Positions 13,880-29,266 of a stretch of 64,000 nt of DNA are shown here, piece after piece; positions within the stretch are counted from its first letter, which is position 1; each line of letters opens with the position of its first letter. The DNA lies in NCBI GenBank assembly GCA_964016885.1, contig OZ024740.1, positions 330,460,001 to 330,524,000 of the forward strand. The letters run 5' to 3'. The translations under genes and the position numbers were made by a program. The notes beneath the pieces were generated by a model, which was given only the letters and a program-made list of their open reading frames with translations, did not search any database and had not been told where the DNA came from. The DNA is from Eledone cirrhosa. Taxonomy: Eukaryota.

Positions 13880-14520
13880 TTTAACCCATCAGTGGTTTAC
13901 ATCTTCTGAACTGAAATTGGAGACTGGACGACATATTGTATCAGCATAAGATCAATGTGTACTAAAAACCACAAGACAAAAGCTATCAATTCAATAACAT
14001 AAAAATGAATGCAACGCATTATGCAGTGTGTATAAAGAACAACCAGAGACCATTGGTATAATTTCAATGCACTGTCTTTTAGCTCCAGCCAAACAATATC
14101 TTAGTTGGCACGACAGAGCTGCATAGTACATACATTAGACAATGTGCAAGTATTTTGATCTGCCCGATCAGAAAAATTGCTGGGGGTCTCAATTCCCTTC
14201 CGTATTTGAATAATGTGGAACTTTAGCGTTCAAAGAGTCCGGAAAATAGTTGCAAATGGGTTTGATATAATATTAAAGGATCTGCAACAGTATCTATACC
14301 TGCTTATTGACATGGCTCTTAATATTGACAAGAATGTGTCTGTAAAAGCATTTGAAAACCGAGCAAATATAGTTTCCTGGATATAGAGATTGAGGAAATT
14401 GGTAGTTGAGAGCTAAAACAATACCAGAGGAAGAAAGGGAAAAACAATTTGAAGGAAAAGATATTCAGACGGTACAGAAATAGACATGTTTGGTCTCAGT
14501 ATAGGTCACATGCAGACTTC
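13880..14520 (+). mobile_element. Second R4/Dong-like LINE fragment, degraded
   Basis: QWFTSSELKLETGRHIVSA*DQCVLKT near 13890-13970, then C..C...PET..I and HDRAA..IH..MCK knuckle remnants and decayed endonuclease. Confidence 0.6.
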
Positions 14521-16426
14521 TGTTTTTGAAATCACATATAATTTTATTCCGTCAAAGTGGGAAGTAATTCTATTTTGTAATGCTTATTTGTGCGAATTGC
14601 TATTATGACAAATCCATGGGGGACCTGAATTGCTAACGAACTACGAATTGTGTTTCGCTCGATAACACTATCAAGAAATGGTGTCTATGCGATAGAAACT
14701 GTAAATTATCATGTTAATGACTTTATCTCTCGAAAATAGGAGTGAGATAAGAAAACACGAACCAACATTTTGGAGCCATAAGCAACCTGCTTGATCAATA
14801 ATTAGCTAGTCTTCACTCCTCATATAAGATCTTATCACATAGTAATAAATAAAGAAATAGAATGTTTGAATCTCAATACTACACAGTGCTTTTACGTGGC
14901 TAGTATCTGTTGTTGCATAGGATTGCCATTATATAACCTCTTATAAATTATCAGATGCATTCCATTTCAATTACCTTGTCCAAATAGAATTACTTTGCGG
15001 TTCTATGTTGGAGATCGCACAAAAAGCAGTATATCAACATTACCTCATTATTCCCCTTTCATTCCATCGTTCCCAGATATATAACAGGGACAGTTAGCAA
15101 CTGTTAGTGGAGATCAATCAATTAAATGCCTCTACAAACATGTATGGGCCTACATATATATATTCCTATTCTTTACTTAACAGCATTGCAAATTTGAAAT
15201 GTATGCTCTCCTCATGAAGATAGTAAAATTAAAAGAAGTGTCACATGGGTGTGATTTAAGCGCAGTCAACATTACTCTGCGTAATATATATAAACTGAAA
15301 GGCACGCTCATATACATACTCACGAACGTTCATGTGATTCCATCCATTCGTATATGTGTGTGCATGTGTGTGTGAGTGTGGGTATGCCTTTATACATTTT
15401 CTCGTTTAGTATTTATTTGTTTATGTTTTAACATACAGATGTGCAAAATAACACTAGTACTTGCGAATAAGCAATATCTTCATGCAATAATATTCAAATC
15501 CATATATAAACAAAACGAACATCAGATCTATATATTTCTTTTAACATCTAACTCAGTATCGGTTTGAGCGTACTTAAATATCCCTTAATATCCACCTCAT
15601 ACTTGCATGGTGAATTATTTTATTGATCGCGAAAGCATGAAGGGCAAATGATACCTCGGCACGATTCAAACTCAGAAATATTACGAACAAAGGTTCTAAC
15701 AAAGGTTAAACGATTCTGTAGATTTTAACATGTTATAGCAGTAGTATATGACGTCTAATTCATACCTATGCGTTCTTTAAAAATTTAGAATACGATGAAT
15801 GTCTATTAATGTGTTATCGGCTCGACAACAATGATTTTGAAGTACCTATGCCTGCCTCCATTAGACCTTGCTTCCGTGAATATCCACCTTCCTATTTTAT
15901 CTCAGAGCAGACTCACTCAGATCAGTCACAGTGATCGCGTTTTTCTGCATATTCCGAAAAATATATTTCGTGGAACTTTCCTGTTTATTAGATTATGTTT
16001 GGACTTTCTAGGCTGCGGTTATAACAGGGTTAAAACATCATATACCATTACATGACACAGCGCAGGCACATTTAGTTTGTGGATTAGTCAACGACAAATG
16101 GCGCTTTCTTCTGTAATCCTAGGCTTTGATGATATATACTTTGATGATAAGAATTGCATTCAAATTGGATTAATTGAAATAATAATGTTAATAATATTCA
16201 AATAACTAATCATCAGCGGAATGAATTAAGTAGTGTATAAAATACAACAACGGTGTTAACTTGGAGCAATAAATTTAATCTGAATTGAAATTAATAGCAA
16301 TGTGAATCTTGTAATCAGAATAATACCAATTAAGTTCCTATTGTTTTGAGAAGGCAACACGTTTTGAAGTCGTAACATAGACTAGATAACCAGAATATTA
16401 ATGATTATAAATATTTATTTACGAGT

Positions 16427-16465
<39 letters not shown>

Positions 16466-19230
16466 GTCTGTGCCAGTAAGACATGTTGTCACACTTGATC
16501 TGAATTAAATATTCACACTTGTTTCAAGATTTCATTAGAATGCTTATAAATATTCAGACAATCAAGGATATAAACGATCGATTATACAGACATGTTACTC
16601 CGAATAGTCATTTGCATATGTCAACACAAAACTCTAATTAATCAGTTCGAGAAGACAAGTGATATGTCGGACAAATAATTTATATTAAATTTATCAAAGT
16701 TGAAAGCAAATATATCTCGTATATATTCTGCGATATTCAAGAAGTATGCAAGTAATATCTTTAGAATTAAATTGTGGTATAGCGGTATTAAGTAACTTTG
16801 TTGACAATTATTTATCGAAAACCGATTGAATATAGCAGGTAAGATCCTATGACATTATGAGAAGTCATTGTTTTTTCTCTTACTAAACTGAAACGCTCAA
16901 TCATTGAGAGCATGAAAAGGATAAAAAAGCATAGGGCGAAAAAGATTGAATTTAAAGTTACAGAGGAATACTGCAACGATAAATATTTTGAATAGGAAAT
17001 AAGTGGTGAATAACTGCATAGTTGCGCGAGATGATATATATTGTGGGAATCTGAAAGCCGATGTTTGAGAGGAAGTCTGTAAACAACAATAAGTAAACGT
17101 GTATGCATTAAGGTGGAATATTTTCACACGCATTCTCATGTATATAGCGGGTATATAAAAAGGAATAGCAGGAACTAATCAGCTAGCTCATATAATCTCT
17201 CATATCCTCATGTATAGATGCGCACAATATACCAGCAAATAGTAATCTATATGCAAGCATGTCAGACATGGATCCTTACGCCAACACGTACACATGGCAA
17301 TAATACATATATATAGTCCCATATGCATATGCATAAATACGTTGATCAATATATAAACATCCCTATATCACTCACAATTACGTGCCACGCATGGTAAGAT
17401 ATATATCAGGGAATGATCAATGGAAGCGAAATCATCAGCATATTTCAAAATATATGTTAAGATAGGTTGAAATCAAGATAAGAAAAACAAAGATAAATAT
17501 ATGTGCGCATATGCATATATTTCTGTATGCATCATTATATGTATGTATGCGTATGTCTGCATGTATGTCTACCCATGCGCTTCTGTGCGTATGCATGTAT
17601 GCATATACATAGGTATATCGTTTATTGAAAAAAATCATCTCTAATACATAAAGAGCAGGAACGATGTTCGTGTACAGTTTACATTATTGTCAAATGAGAC
17701 CTCTATGTATCTGCCAATTCTTCTGACATATTTTCCAAACGCCACAACAACAGAGAAAAAGACGATTTCTAACCCCTAAATTTAGTATTATAGACTATCT
17801 TTGAAAAGTGGACAATCAGTAGTCGTGTCCGTATGTATCACCTGCGAATAAATGTATAGATTTAAATATATATATATTTCATTGTAAGTACACACTTATG
17901 AATTTTCACCAACTAGATTTGTAATATTTGGAATATTTATGCTAATTCTCATTCTGACCTTTAAATGTAACTTGCCAATTGCTTTAAACATTTCATGATA
18001 GTCGAAGCCGTACTTTTTAAAGATTGTTCGTGATAAATTTGGTTTACACGTTCAAGTACAGCTATACAACTTTATAACTATGTAGACCGGGTAGAACATC
18101 TACAAATACATCAGTAGTGTTTACTAGTATTTAGGGTGCGCTATCGTAAGTGGATTTCAAATGATGTGCAAACATCATATTCTCTGGCCAACATTTTCTT
18201 GGTCTACTATAACAATCAGTAGATCACGATTCTCAGTAAGATCACGATTCGAAATATTATTTTATACGTGAGAAAGTACATAAAGTAGGGCTGCCGTAGT
18301 GGTGTACATCATTTGGATATTTACGCTTGGAGGAGTCCACACTTCTCCAGGTCTGCACACAGGAGATTTCTTCCAGTGATTCATATAACATGAAAGAGAG
18401 GAATTTAGAAACATATATACAGGAGGAATCGACCCCGGTTCTAGAGAGGTACATTTTTTATCAAATTAGAAAGGAAAAGCAACATTGTTCTCGGAGTTGT
18501 TGGACCAAAGACAGATCAGAAACTGAAAGATTAACGCCATACATTATCTCTCTTCCCCGCTCTCTCTTTCATATATATATATATATATATACCTATACAC
18601 ACACACATGCACACACACGCATGCACACACACACACACATACACATATACACACACACCCACACAGACACACACACGCACGCACACACACACATACACAT
18701 ATACACACACACCCACACAGACACACACACGCACGCACGCACACACATATATATATATGTATGTATATAAGTAAGTACATACATACTTACAAGTGCACAT
18801 TCGTAAAAGCATTCATAATTTCATAAAAATAGACAAATGTTAATGTATCCATCCATACATACTTACACATATGTATAACTAAAACGGTCTCATCTGGCAA
18901 TAATTCTGTTATCACATTAGACACATCCTTAACTCTAAAATAGTTAGAAATATCAATGAATGCGAAACCCAATGGTTGTTGCCGACGAACGCTTGTCGAA
19001 CCTAAAAGGTAACACGATTCTTCGAGGAGGTGCTATGTTATTGTAATGTAGGTTAAATAATATCCTCGCTATCTCAATAAAACCACATCACAACAAATAT
19101 AGTAGGATATCGTATGAAACTCATTATGTATCTATTCTACTCATTTCCTTACTGTCTCCTTTCAATACTGCTAAATATGATTTTAAGCGTATATTTATTT
19201 GTGTATACGCCTAAACTTACACATGTACAT

Positions 19231-19311
<81 letters not shown>

Positions 19312-21329
19312 TACATACATTCACACACAAACATATATATATATACACATTTATATATATATATATATTTGTGTGTCTGTGAGTCTGCATACGTTAGTTT
19401 GTATCTATCTAATATGTTACTCACAGACACATACGCACATATGTGTATGTGTGTCTGTGTATCTGTGTATGTGCGTGTTTCTGCGTGTGTGTATATAACA
19501 CATACTGGCATATATGTGCATGTCTGAATAAGTTTATATTTATAAGTAGTATATTTTGTGTGGTAATAAAACGATTTTTATGATTGCCCAGGTATAGTGC
19601 TCATCAGTAGATATGTATTTCGGGAAGTACATTAATATTTATTTGCATTCCTTTGGCCTCTTTCCTTAAACTAAAAAAAATCTTGTTTTCAAAGAGGTTA
19701 GCATGTGTGTTAATGTGAAGATGTGAAATGAAAATGGTCTCCTTACTTGTATGTCGATATGGTCGGTATTTAATATCCAAGTGGAAGTGTCGTTCCCTTG
19801 TAAGATAAGTAACTTGAACGTATTTTCCAAATGCCTTACATGAAAATATACAAATTGTGTATTAGTTGCTCTAACTACAGTACAGAAATATTTTATTTGC
19901 TTTCACTGATCTCAAACGAAGTCTATGTCCACAAAACTCACTCTGTATTGGCTTATTACTAACGTCACGAGCAGTCTCCAATTGTTTATCCAAAGACGCA
20001 GAACAAACATGCTACTTTTTTCCTGCTGCTTTCTCTCTCTCACTCTCATTTTCTCCATTTCTCTTCCCTCTAACCTTCTGTCTGTAAACAGAAGAAACCA
20101 GATTATTAGAATTCAGTTTTCGTGTTTCAAGATTTCCGAGCGAAATCACAATATTTTTTCCAAAAATAGAATTTTCATTAAACTACTCCTTGTTTATTTT
20201 CAGACTACTGTTCCGTTTTCCTTAAATTTTCTAAATATATATTTTTTAACGTCATGTATCATTACCTATTTCCTCCACGCGCATTTCTTCCGCTACTAAA
20301 ATGATTTCGGTTCATCCGTTCTCCTTGCTATCACATCATCTGAACTAACGCCCTCTCGTCTAACACATTTCTCATCTTGTTAAGACACATTTTCTCTCCA
20401 GCCCTCACTTCTTAATTTACCCTCTGTTCTCTGAAAGTCTTGGCCTGAATGCCGGCACATTGTGCCTAGTTTCTACAGAAATCAACTTGCAATATTTCAA
20501 GGTTAACATCAATGGTATCAATCTTGCGTATAAAAATAATTACAGAAATATAATAATTATTTATTTCCATAAACAGGACACAAATTCGATCATAGGAAAT
20601 GTTAGTAGCCGTATATCCATTGAGATTAACCCGTTCTCAATGGCTATAATACAATGCGTCAAATCCATGTAGGTTCCTCTAACGAGATAGACTCTGTTCC
20701 AAGTAATTGGTGTGTTACCCCATTCATTGTTTGCAACATCCCTATACGTTGTACAACTTTCAACAATGTTTGACAGTCAGCAAAATATAATAAAGGCCGA
20801 CAGTACTACCTTCCTCAAAGCTTTAACAAAATCATTCAAAATATTACGATTTTGTCGAAAAAGTAACAACGGGAAATATGAAAATACGATTGTGAAAACT
20901 ATTTTTCTTGCAGCTATTACTTCTCACGCTTATCAGTTAAATGTGAATTGAATATTCAGGCAACACAAATTAATGTTTACATTTTCTTTTTTGCCAGTCC
21001 TTGATGAAAGGATAAATCATGACTTGTATAAAGAGGAATAGGGTAAAACATCACTTTATCTTCATCCAGGAGATTGCTTAGATCAGAATCTATTCCGGTA
21101 GAGTAACCAACGTACAATACTAACGCGATAGCTGACTGTAATTGTCATTATACGCACTTAGATACAGGTCATTTTATAATTTATTATTTAAGCAATGATA
21201 TGTAGACAGATGAATGACACAAATCTTTGATTGAATAATCGTTATTGTACAGTATAAATTAAATAGGACTCTCGATTAATCGGATAGCATTTTGTTGGAT
21301 GCTTACGAACAAACATAAATGCTTTACAG

Positions 21330-22330
21330 TATGACGTATGCATCCATCTTGTGTACTGCTTCCGTCTGATCTATTCGACATACGTGAACTATAAGACCGA
21401 TTTTACTAGCTTTTCTCGAGTCTGTAATCGGTCTCAGGTCGCTGTATAAAGATTTGTTTCTTATGTGTTGTTCCCTCCAAGATATAATTTTCACTTTCCA
21501 CCGTAATTGTGTATATGCCCCACCTAACCGTATTTCCATCAATTTTGTGATGTCTAGAACCCAGCACCGTACACAAGCACACACTCAGCTGTGGAGTGAA
21601 TGAACTTGAACCATTACGTTTGCAACAGACCAAGTTAAGTTAATTCTAGTGCGCATGCTTTTCTCTGAGGTGTTAATCCACGACAAATACCCTTTTTCGT
21701 AATTTCTATTTTGTGACACAATATCACCCTCTTTTTTCTAGTATGCAATATATTCAGTCTTCTCATTTATGAACAATCACATTTTTTCCACCCAGCGTAT
21801 CAACAGCTGTGCTTTTTCGCAGTATCAATTGTCGATATTTCAGTGTTTCCAATGTTACGTCGAGTATGTAATATTGTATCCTGTTTGATGAGCATGATAT
21901 GTAGCTTGTCACAATTAGCAATGGATTGTATTTTTTGTTTGCGTTTTCTGCGCTGAATGGAAGCGAAAGCTTCGCAAAATGCAATGTTATAAGAGATGGA
22001 CAGTTATTTGCTTTTCCTCCTTCGATACCTATTCCAAGTGACAGGATTTGCCCCAGCGTTGATCTATTTGAATCAAATTAATTTGCATTCGTGCATACTA
22101 TTTGTTCTAACTAAAGTTTAATTCTATGGAGTAGCATATTGTTGTAGATTATAGATGATATTACTGTCAGACTAATTCCACGGTATTTTTCGACATCACT
22201 ATGAGCACATTATTTAGAAGCCACATGTTTAGCTAATTTCCATGAATGATCTAATTACGCATTTCGAGTACTGCATCAATTAAGGCTTCAGTTTTCCAGA
22301 GATTGGTTAGAATGCCATCGAATCTTGCTG
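21330..22330 (-). mobile_element. RTE-X-like LINE, degraded RT and 3' region
   Basis: Minus-strand YRGISLTVISSIIYNNMLL and RSTLGQIL near 22190-22040. ISWREQHIRNKSLYSDLRPITD in ORF 21324-21584. Confidence 0.65.
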
Positions 22331-22391
22331 TCTTTACATCAGTAATAATTTAGTATCTAATATTAAAATGTTATTATACATCATTATTTTG

Positions 22392-22495
22392 CCGAGGTTA
22401 ACTTTGCCTTTCATCCTTACGGGGTCGATAAAATAAAGTACTAGTAATGTACTGGTTAATTGCTGGCCTTGTGCCAAAAGTAGAAACAATTATTT
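22392..22495 (+). mobile_element. SINE, 5'-truncated (Nin/Deu-like family)
   Basis: ccgaggttaactttgcctttcatccttacggggtcgataaaataaagtac...ggccttgtgccaaaagtagaaacaattat. Confidence 0.75.
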
Positions 22496-22599
22496 TATTA
22501 TTTCATATCCTGGCATCATAGCTCTAAATTCCGAAGTAAAATTTAATGGGTCGCCCTCAAATGCAGAAAAGCAAGGAGTTGAATTAATATGCATACAAG

Positions 22600-23990
22600 G
22601 GAAACTTATATATCACGAGAACAAAATAAAATGGGGAAATGTTGGCTGGTTATCACGTCATCTGTTGAGAAAACAAGTGACAACGCAAAAGTAAAAGTTG
22701 TTAGGCTCTTACTCAGTCCCAAAATCCTCCAAACACTCTATAACATAGAATCCATATATCCGAGACCTGTAAGATCCAATCCTATTGGTATCCAATCACC
22801 TTTGTTATTTGATGTTACATTAGTACTAACTCCGTTGATGTTAAAGACGCAATAGACTTCTACCAATATCTAATATAACTTGTGAAAAACATTCCAGAAC
22901 ACAACATGATAATAATAGTAGGTGATTTTTAAAGCTAACATTGAACGCGCAGATTCAAAATATAATTTTCTTTATTTTAAGAATCAGATCAAAATGGTCA
23001 GCATCTCCTTCATCTTCCAACAGAATATGGGCTGATAGACCTGAATCTTTAATTAAAGAAACGAAAATGGATGTTATGGATCTTCACATATCCCAATAAA
23101 TTGAAAGCACAACTTGACTATATACTAATGATTAATAAAGGGAGAAACAGTCCTCTAAAAAGTTTCATATCACTTTTGAATCAGTAAATTCAGACCATAG
23201 AATTGTTTCTGCGAAAATAAGACTCATTCTAAGAATGCATAATATCAAACCAAAAACGACAATGAAATATGACTGGAATAAACAGCTAACTGGTGGTATT
23301 GAAAATCAAATATACAACTGAAGCCAGAAACCAATTCTTCAATAAACTGCAGGCAAACGCAGAAGAAATATATATTGATGAAATACATAAAAGCAATATG
23401 ATTACCCGTAAAGAAGCTCAATACCAAAATTAGAAAAGAAAAATCAACATTTACCATGGGGAAGCGATAATATTACAACCAAATAAAAGCATTATTAGAA
23501 AAAGAAGGGCGGTAGAGGGTCGGACGTCATGCTTTGACGAATAGAGTTACGGCCCTTTTCATTCTGAGTTCAAATCCCGCCGAGGTCAACTTTGTCTTTC
23601 ATCCTTACGGGGTCGATAAAATAAAGTACCAGTAATTTACTGGATATTTGCTGGCCTTGTGCCAAAAGTAGAAACAATTATTAGAAAAAGAATGTCCAGT
23701 CAATAATGTTCGTTTCCAAGCAACCAAAGATGATCTTGCGGCTACTTATAATTAAGACCTTACTACATATATAAACAACCAAATCAAAACCATATTAAAC
23801 GCAGTACAAAATCAATCACAAAAAAATTGCTTGTACAACTACCAATGAAATTGCTGGCAGAAAGGATACACCAATAAGCAAGAGAACATCTAAGACGATA
23901 AATGAAGGCGTACAAATAGAGAACGACCAATTTAAAAAATAATCTGGGTCAACCCAATTTAATAAGAGAAGGAAATATCACACCACGTAG
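22600..23990 (+). mobile_element. RTE-X-like LINE, degraded AP endonuclease and linker, interrupted by a SINE
   Basis: WLVITSSVEKTSDNAKVKVVRLLLSPK..LYNIESIYPR, IIVGDF, LWIFTYPN..KAQLDYILM and SDHRIVSAKIRL remnants. Confidence 0.7.
23508..23682 (+). mobile_element. tRNA-derived SINE (Nin/Deu-like family)
   Basis: B box GAGTTCAAATCC plus family core and tail. Flanked by an attattagaaaaagaa direct repeat resembling a target-site duplication. Confidence 0.8.
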
Positions 23991-24480
23991 ATGACAGGAC
24001 CAAATCTTTCATTACTGATGATTTCACAAAAGATGATCTATTGTAGGAGTTGTGCATATACAATAGATTATGTTTTTCAACAATCTGTTTTGTTTAAAAT
24101 ATATTTGCTTTGGCAGCATAGTTTGACAATAAATAAGGAAAATGAGGAAGAATTAACTAACCGGAATATCATTTGTCCAAACAGGTTGTAAACATTTCCG
24201 AAAAATTTGCTATATACATGGCGTTGAAATATATAAATTGACTTTTTTCACGTCCTATTTTAAGATGTCCTATTCAACATTTACATTTTAGAAATGCCAA
24301 CAAAATATATAAAAAATCTGCCAACTTCAATTCGAGGGAAACATCAAGATTGTGTGCTCACATATGTAAGATTTCGTGGTTTGTTATATTTAAACGAAAA
24401 ACAATTCGACGTCGCCGGTCATTTTATACGTGCCATGGTATTTCACGTAAAATGCTGATCTCTATCTATCTATCTATCTA

Positions 24481-24515
<35 letters not shown>

Positions 24516-24532
24516 CTCTCTCTCTCTCCCTC

Positions 24533-24588
<56 letters not shown>

Positions 24589-24642
24589 TGTGTTTTTTGT
24601 GTGCGTGTGTGTGTGTATGTATGTATACATATATATATATAT

Positions 24643-24673
<31 letters not shown>

Positions 24674-24679
24674 TATATA

Positions 24680-24739
<60 letters not shown>

Positions 24740-24790
24740 TATGTGTGTATACGTACATACATATATGTATACAGACGTACAGTAGCATGC

Positions 24791-24865
<75 letters not shown>

Positions 24866-24995
24866 CATATACATACAGGTACACATACATATATGCACGT
24901 ATCAGTTTAGCGGACGCTTATTATAACGCCGCTTTGTTCGTTTGTTACGGTGTTAAGGCAACCACGTCACCTTTTTGTTCAACACTGACACAGGA

Positions 24996-25038
24996 ACGAT
25001 GTACTAGTTTCAAGCTTGTTAGCTATCATCAGCACCGT
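24996..25038 (-). ncRNA. Type I hammerhead ribozyme (family C)
   Basis: Minus strand reads acggtg CTGATGA tagct aaca agctt GAAAC TA GTA catcgt. Stem I is fully paired and stem III is the palindrome ACTAGT. Confidence 0.85.
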
Positions 25039-25467
25039 ATACCCATCTACCAGATAATTGAACGTTCGAAAGTATATACTTTCCTTATGAAAATTAACGG
25101 CTGAGCAGCCTAATTTGCATATCGAGTGAGCTAAGTCGGTCAGGCATACCGAAAACGATAAGTTGAAATAAAATGAAAACGAAATTTCATTTCTCACTCT
25201 TAGTACGGCACTTAATTAAATGTAAGTATGTGCGTATACGTACATACATATATGTATACAGACGTACAGTACACACATACTTACATTTAAGTAAGTGCCG
25301 TACTAAGAGTGAGAAATGAAATTTCGTTTTCGTTTTATTTCAACTTATCGTTTTCGGTATGCCTGACCGACTTAGCTCACTCGATATGCAAATTAGGCTG
25401 CTCAGCCGTTAATTTTCATAAGGAAAGTATATACTTTCGAACGTTCAACTATCTGGCAGATGGGTAT

Positions 25468-25510
25468 ACGGTGCTGATGATAGCTAACAAGCTTGAAACT
25501 AGTACCTCGT
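25468..25510 (+). ncRNA. Type I hammerhead ribozyme (family C), one stem I mismatch
   Basis: acggtg CTGATGA tagct aaca agctt GAAAC TA GTA cctcgt. Confidence 0.8.
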
Positions 25511-25666
25511 TCCTGTGTCAGTGTTGAACAAAAAGGTGACGTGGTTGCCTTAACACCGTACGGCATAAAAATTCAGGCTGTTCAGTTTGTTTACAAACGA
25601 ACAAAGCGGCGTTATAATAAGCGTCCGCTAAACTGATACGTGCATATATGTATGTGTACCTGTATG

Positions 25667-25710
<44 letters not shown>

Positions 25711-25822
25711 TGCTACTGTACGTCTGTATACATATATGTATGTACGTATACACACATACTTACATTTAAGTAAGTGCCGTACTAAGATTGAGAAATGAAA
25801 TTTCGTTTTCATTTTATTTCAA

Positions 25823-25904
<82 letters not shown>

Positions 25905-26505
25905 TATATTTTAATAACCACGCAAATGTTAAACTAGCCTGCTTTTAAATTCCCTTTTTGGCGTATTACCAGTGAGACCTTGGTTACCATGTTGAGCGTG
26001 ACCATCCCCACTGAAAGTTTTCGTGAAATAGTCTTTTCAAGACTATACAGAGTATTTGAAGTTGTCCCAAATTGAAGGTTGAGTACTTTAGACTTTGTTT
26101 TATCATGAGTTAAGGCTCTATTGATTTTTCCCTGGATTTCTCTAAATTTTGTTGGATAAATCTATATCCTGATTGTTTTTGAATTGAGTCTGAATTATTT
26201 TTCCCATATCTTATGTTAACTATTTTCCCATTTTGACGCTATATTCACATATATGTTAAGGAATACTTTTAGCTTCTCGCTACAACAATTTCTATACTTT
26301 TTATTTATATATATATATATATATATTAGAAAGTGAGGTTTTCTTACGTGTCCTACACGAGGGAAAGTATATAGAAAAAAGATGAAATCTAAAATGCAAC
26401 TGGAGTCTCATTTAAAAAAATATATATATTTATCTGGTTCCTTTACCGGTTTCGCAGTTCTTCTGCTTTTCAAATGTAGAGTTGACCTGGAGGGTCTCTG
26501 GTTTT

Positions 26506-26542
<37 letters not shown>

Positions 26543-27459
26543 ATGAAGCGAACATATGTATCAGCTTGACATCATGGGAAGAAATTGATATGCTTTAAAT
26601 AAACTAATAGCTCATTCAATACTTTAATGCTGTAAAATTTTCCGGTGGCCTTTATCTGACGTATTTCAATTTCAACATTGGAAATACAATTTTTTAATCA
26701 ATTTATAAAATATCCCTTCATATGGAATCCGCAATGCTGGCTAATCAATATTCGATTTGCTTCATAGAAACATGAAATGAGTAGCTGTCAGGAATGCAAA
26801 ACAAAAAAAAGAACAAAAAAAAAGCGAGAGAGAATTATGTGTATAAAAGGAATATAACAGAGGGTGTAGAACATAAATTACGTGGTATCTTATGTATTAA
26901 CAATCAAGCGTTATGAAAACAGCAACGATCAATATAAATATATCTGATGTATTGAATTATTCTACCTTTGATCAGTTGAAAATAGATTTTTCGTGTCGGA
27001 AACATTTGGTACTGTACGTATAAATATAAATGTAATATGAAACAAATATTGATAAAGATAAAAACCTAATCACTGTTTAAAAGTGATATCGATCTTTGCA
27101 GGACGTCCAGATTCATCTAAACATATAGAGTAAAATAAAAGTTATAGATATAACTTAATACCAACTTTGTGATATGTTCTATTGGATTATTACAGATATT
27201 GGTAATTTGAGATATTTTCAAATATAAAATATGCTACATATTAGATAATATTTATTTCCCATTTGTTCAATGCCATGAATGTTATCACCCATTTAGTATT
27301 ATAATATGATTGTATATGTAGTATATAGGTGGATGGATAAGTACTTATAATAGCGTGTCTGTGTGCATATGGCTAAACGTGTGTGTTTCAACACAAAGTT
27401 TCAGATAACAAATCTTGCAAAACAAATTCAAAAACGAGAAAAAAAACACAAACACACGT

Positions 27460-27548
<89 letters not shown>

Positions 27549-27693
27549 CATGTGTATGTGTGTGTTTGTGTGTGTGGTATTTCGTTTTTTAATTTGTTTT
27601 GCAAGATTAGTTATCTGAAACTCTGTGTTGAAACATATTGTTATACTTCGGGGGGTGGGGGGGGCATGCTACGAATGAATACACATGCCGTTC

Positions 27694-28935
<1,242 letters not shown>

Positions 28936-28946
28936 CATTGTATATT

Positions 28947-28982
<36 letters not shown>

Positions 28983-29266
28983 TCGTTTCTGAATTTGTTA
29001 AGCAAGATTCTTTATCTGAAAATGTGTCTTGAAATCGATATTGTTATACTTTGGGAGGGTCATGTTGCCAATAAGAAACATACGCACCAGTTACTTTCAA
29101 TTCAATTTATTATAATACATTTAAACATTTAGGAATTTATAAATTTCCGGTTGGTTGGTTGGTTCCACAACCAGATGATTGTTTATATATTGTCAAAATT
29201 ATTTCGTCACACATTCTGTGACCTCTTCAGTGACTGAAGAACAGTCAGGAATTAGAGAAAAACACC

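Larger units (their letters stand above)
24736..25826. mobile_element. Retrozyme-like family C (~480-bp unit): inverted arm 24736-25270 (-) plus direct arm 25271-25826 (+), in (TA)n
   Basis: The arms are reverse complements with several differences. ttacatttaagtaagtgccg recurs at 25281 and 25760. One HHR per arm. No credible protein ORF. Confidence 0.8.
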
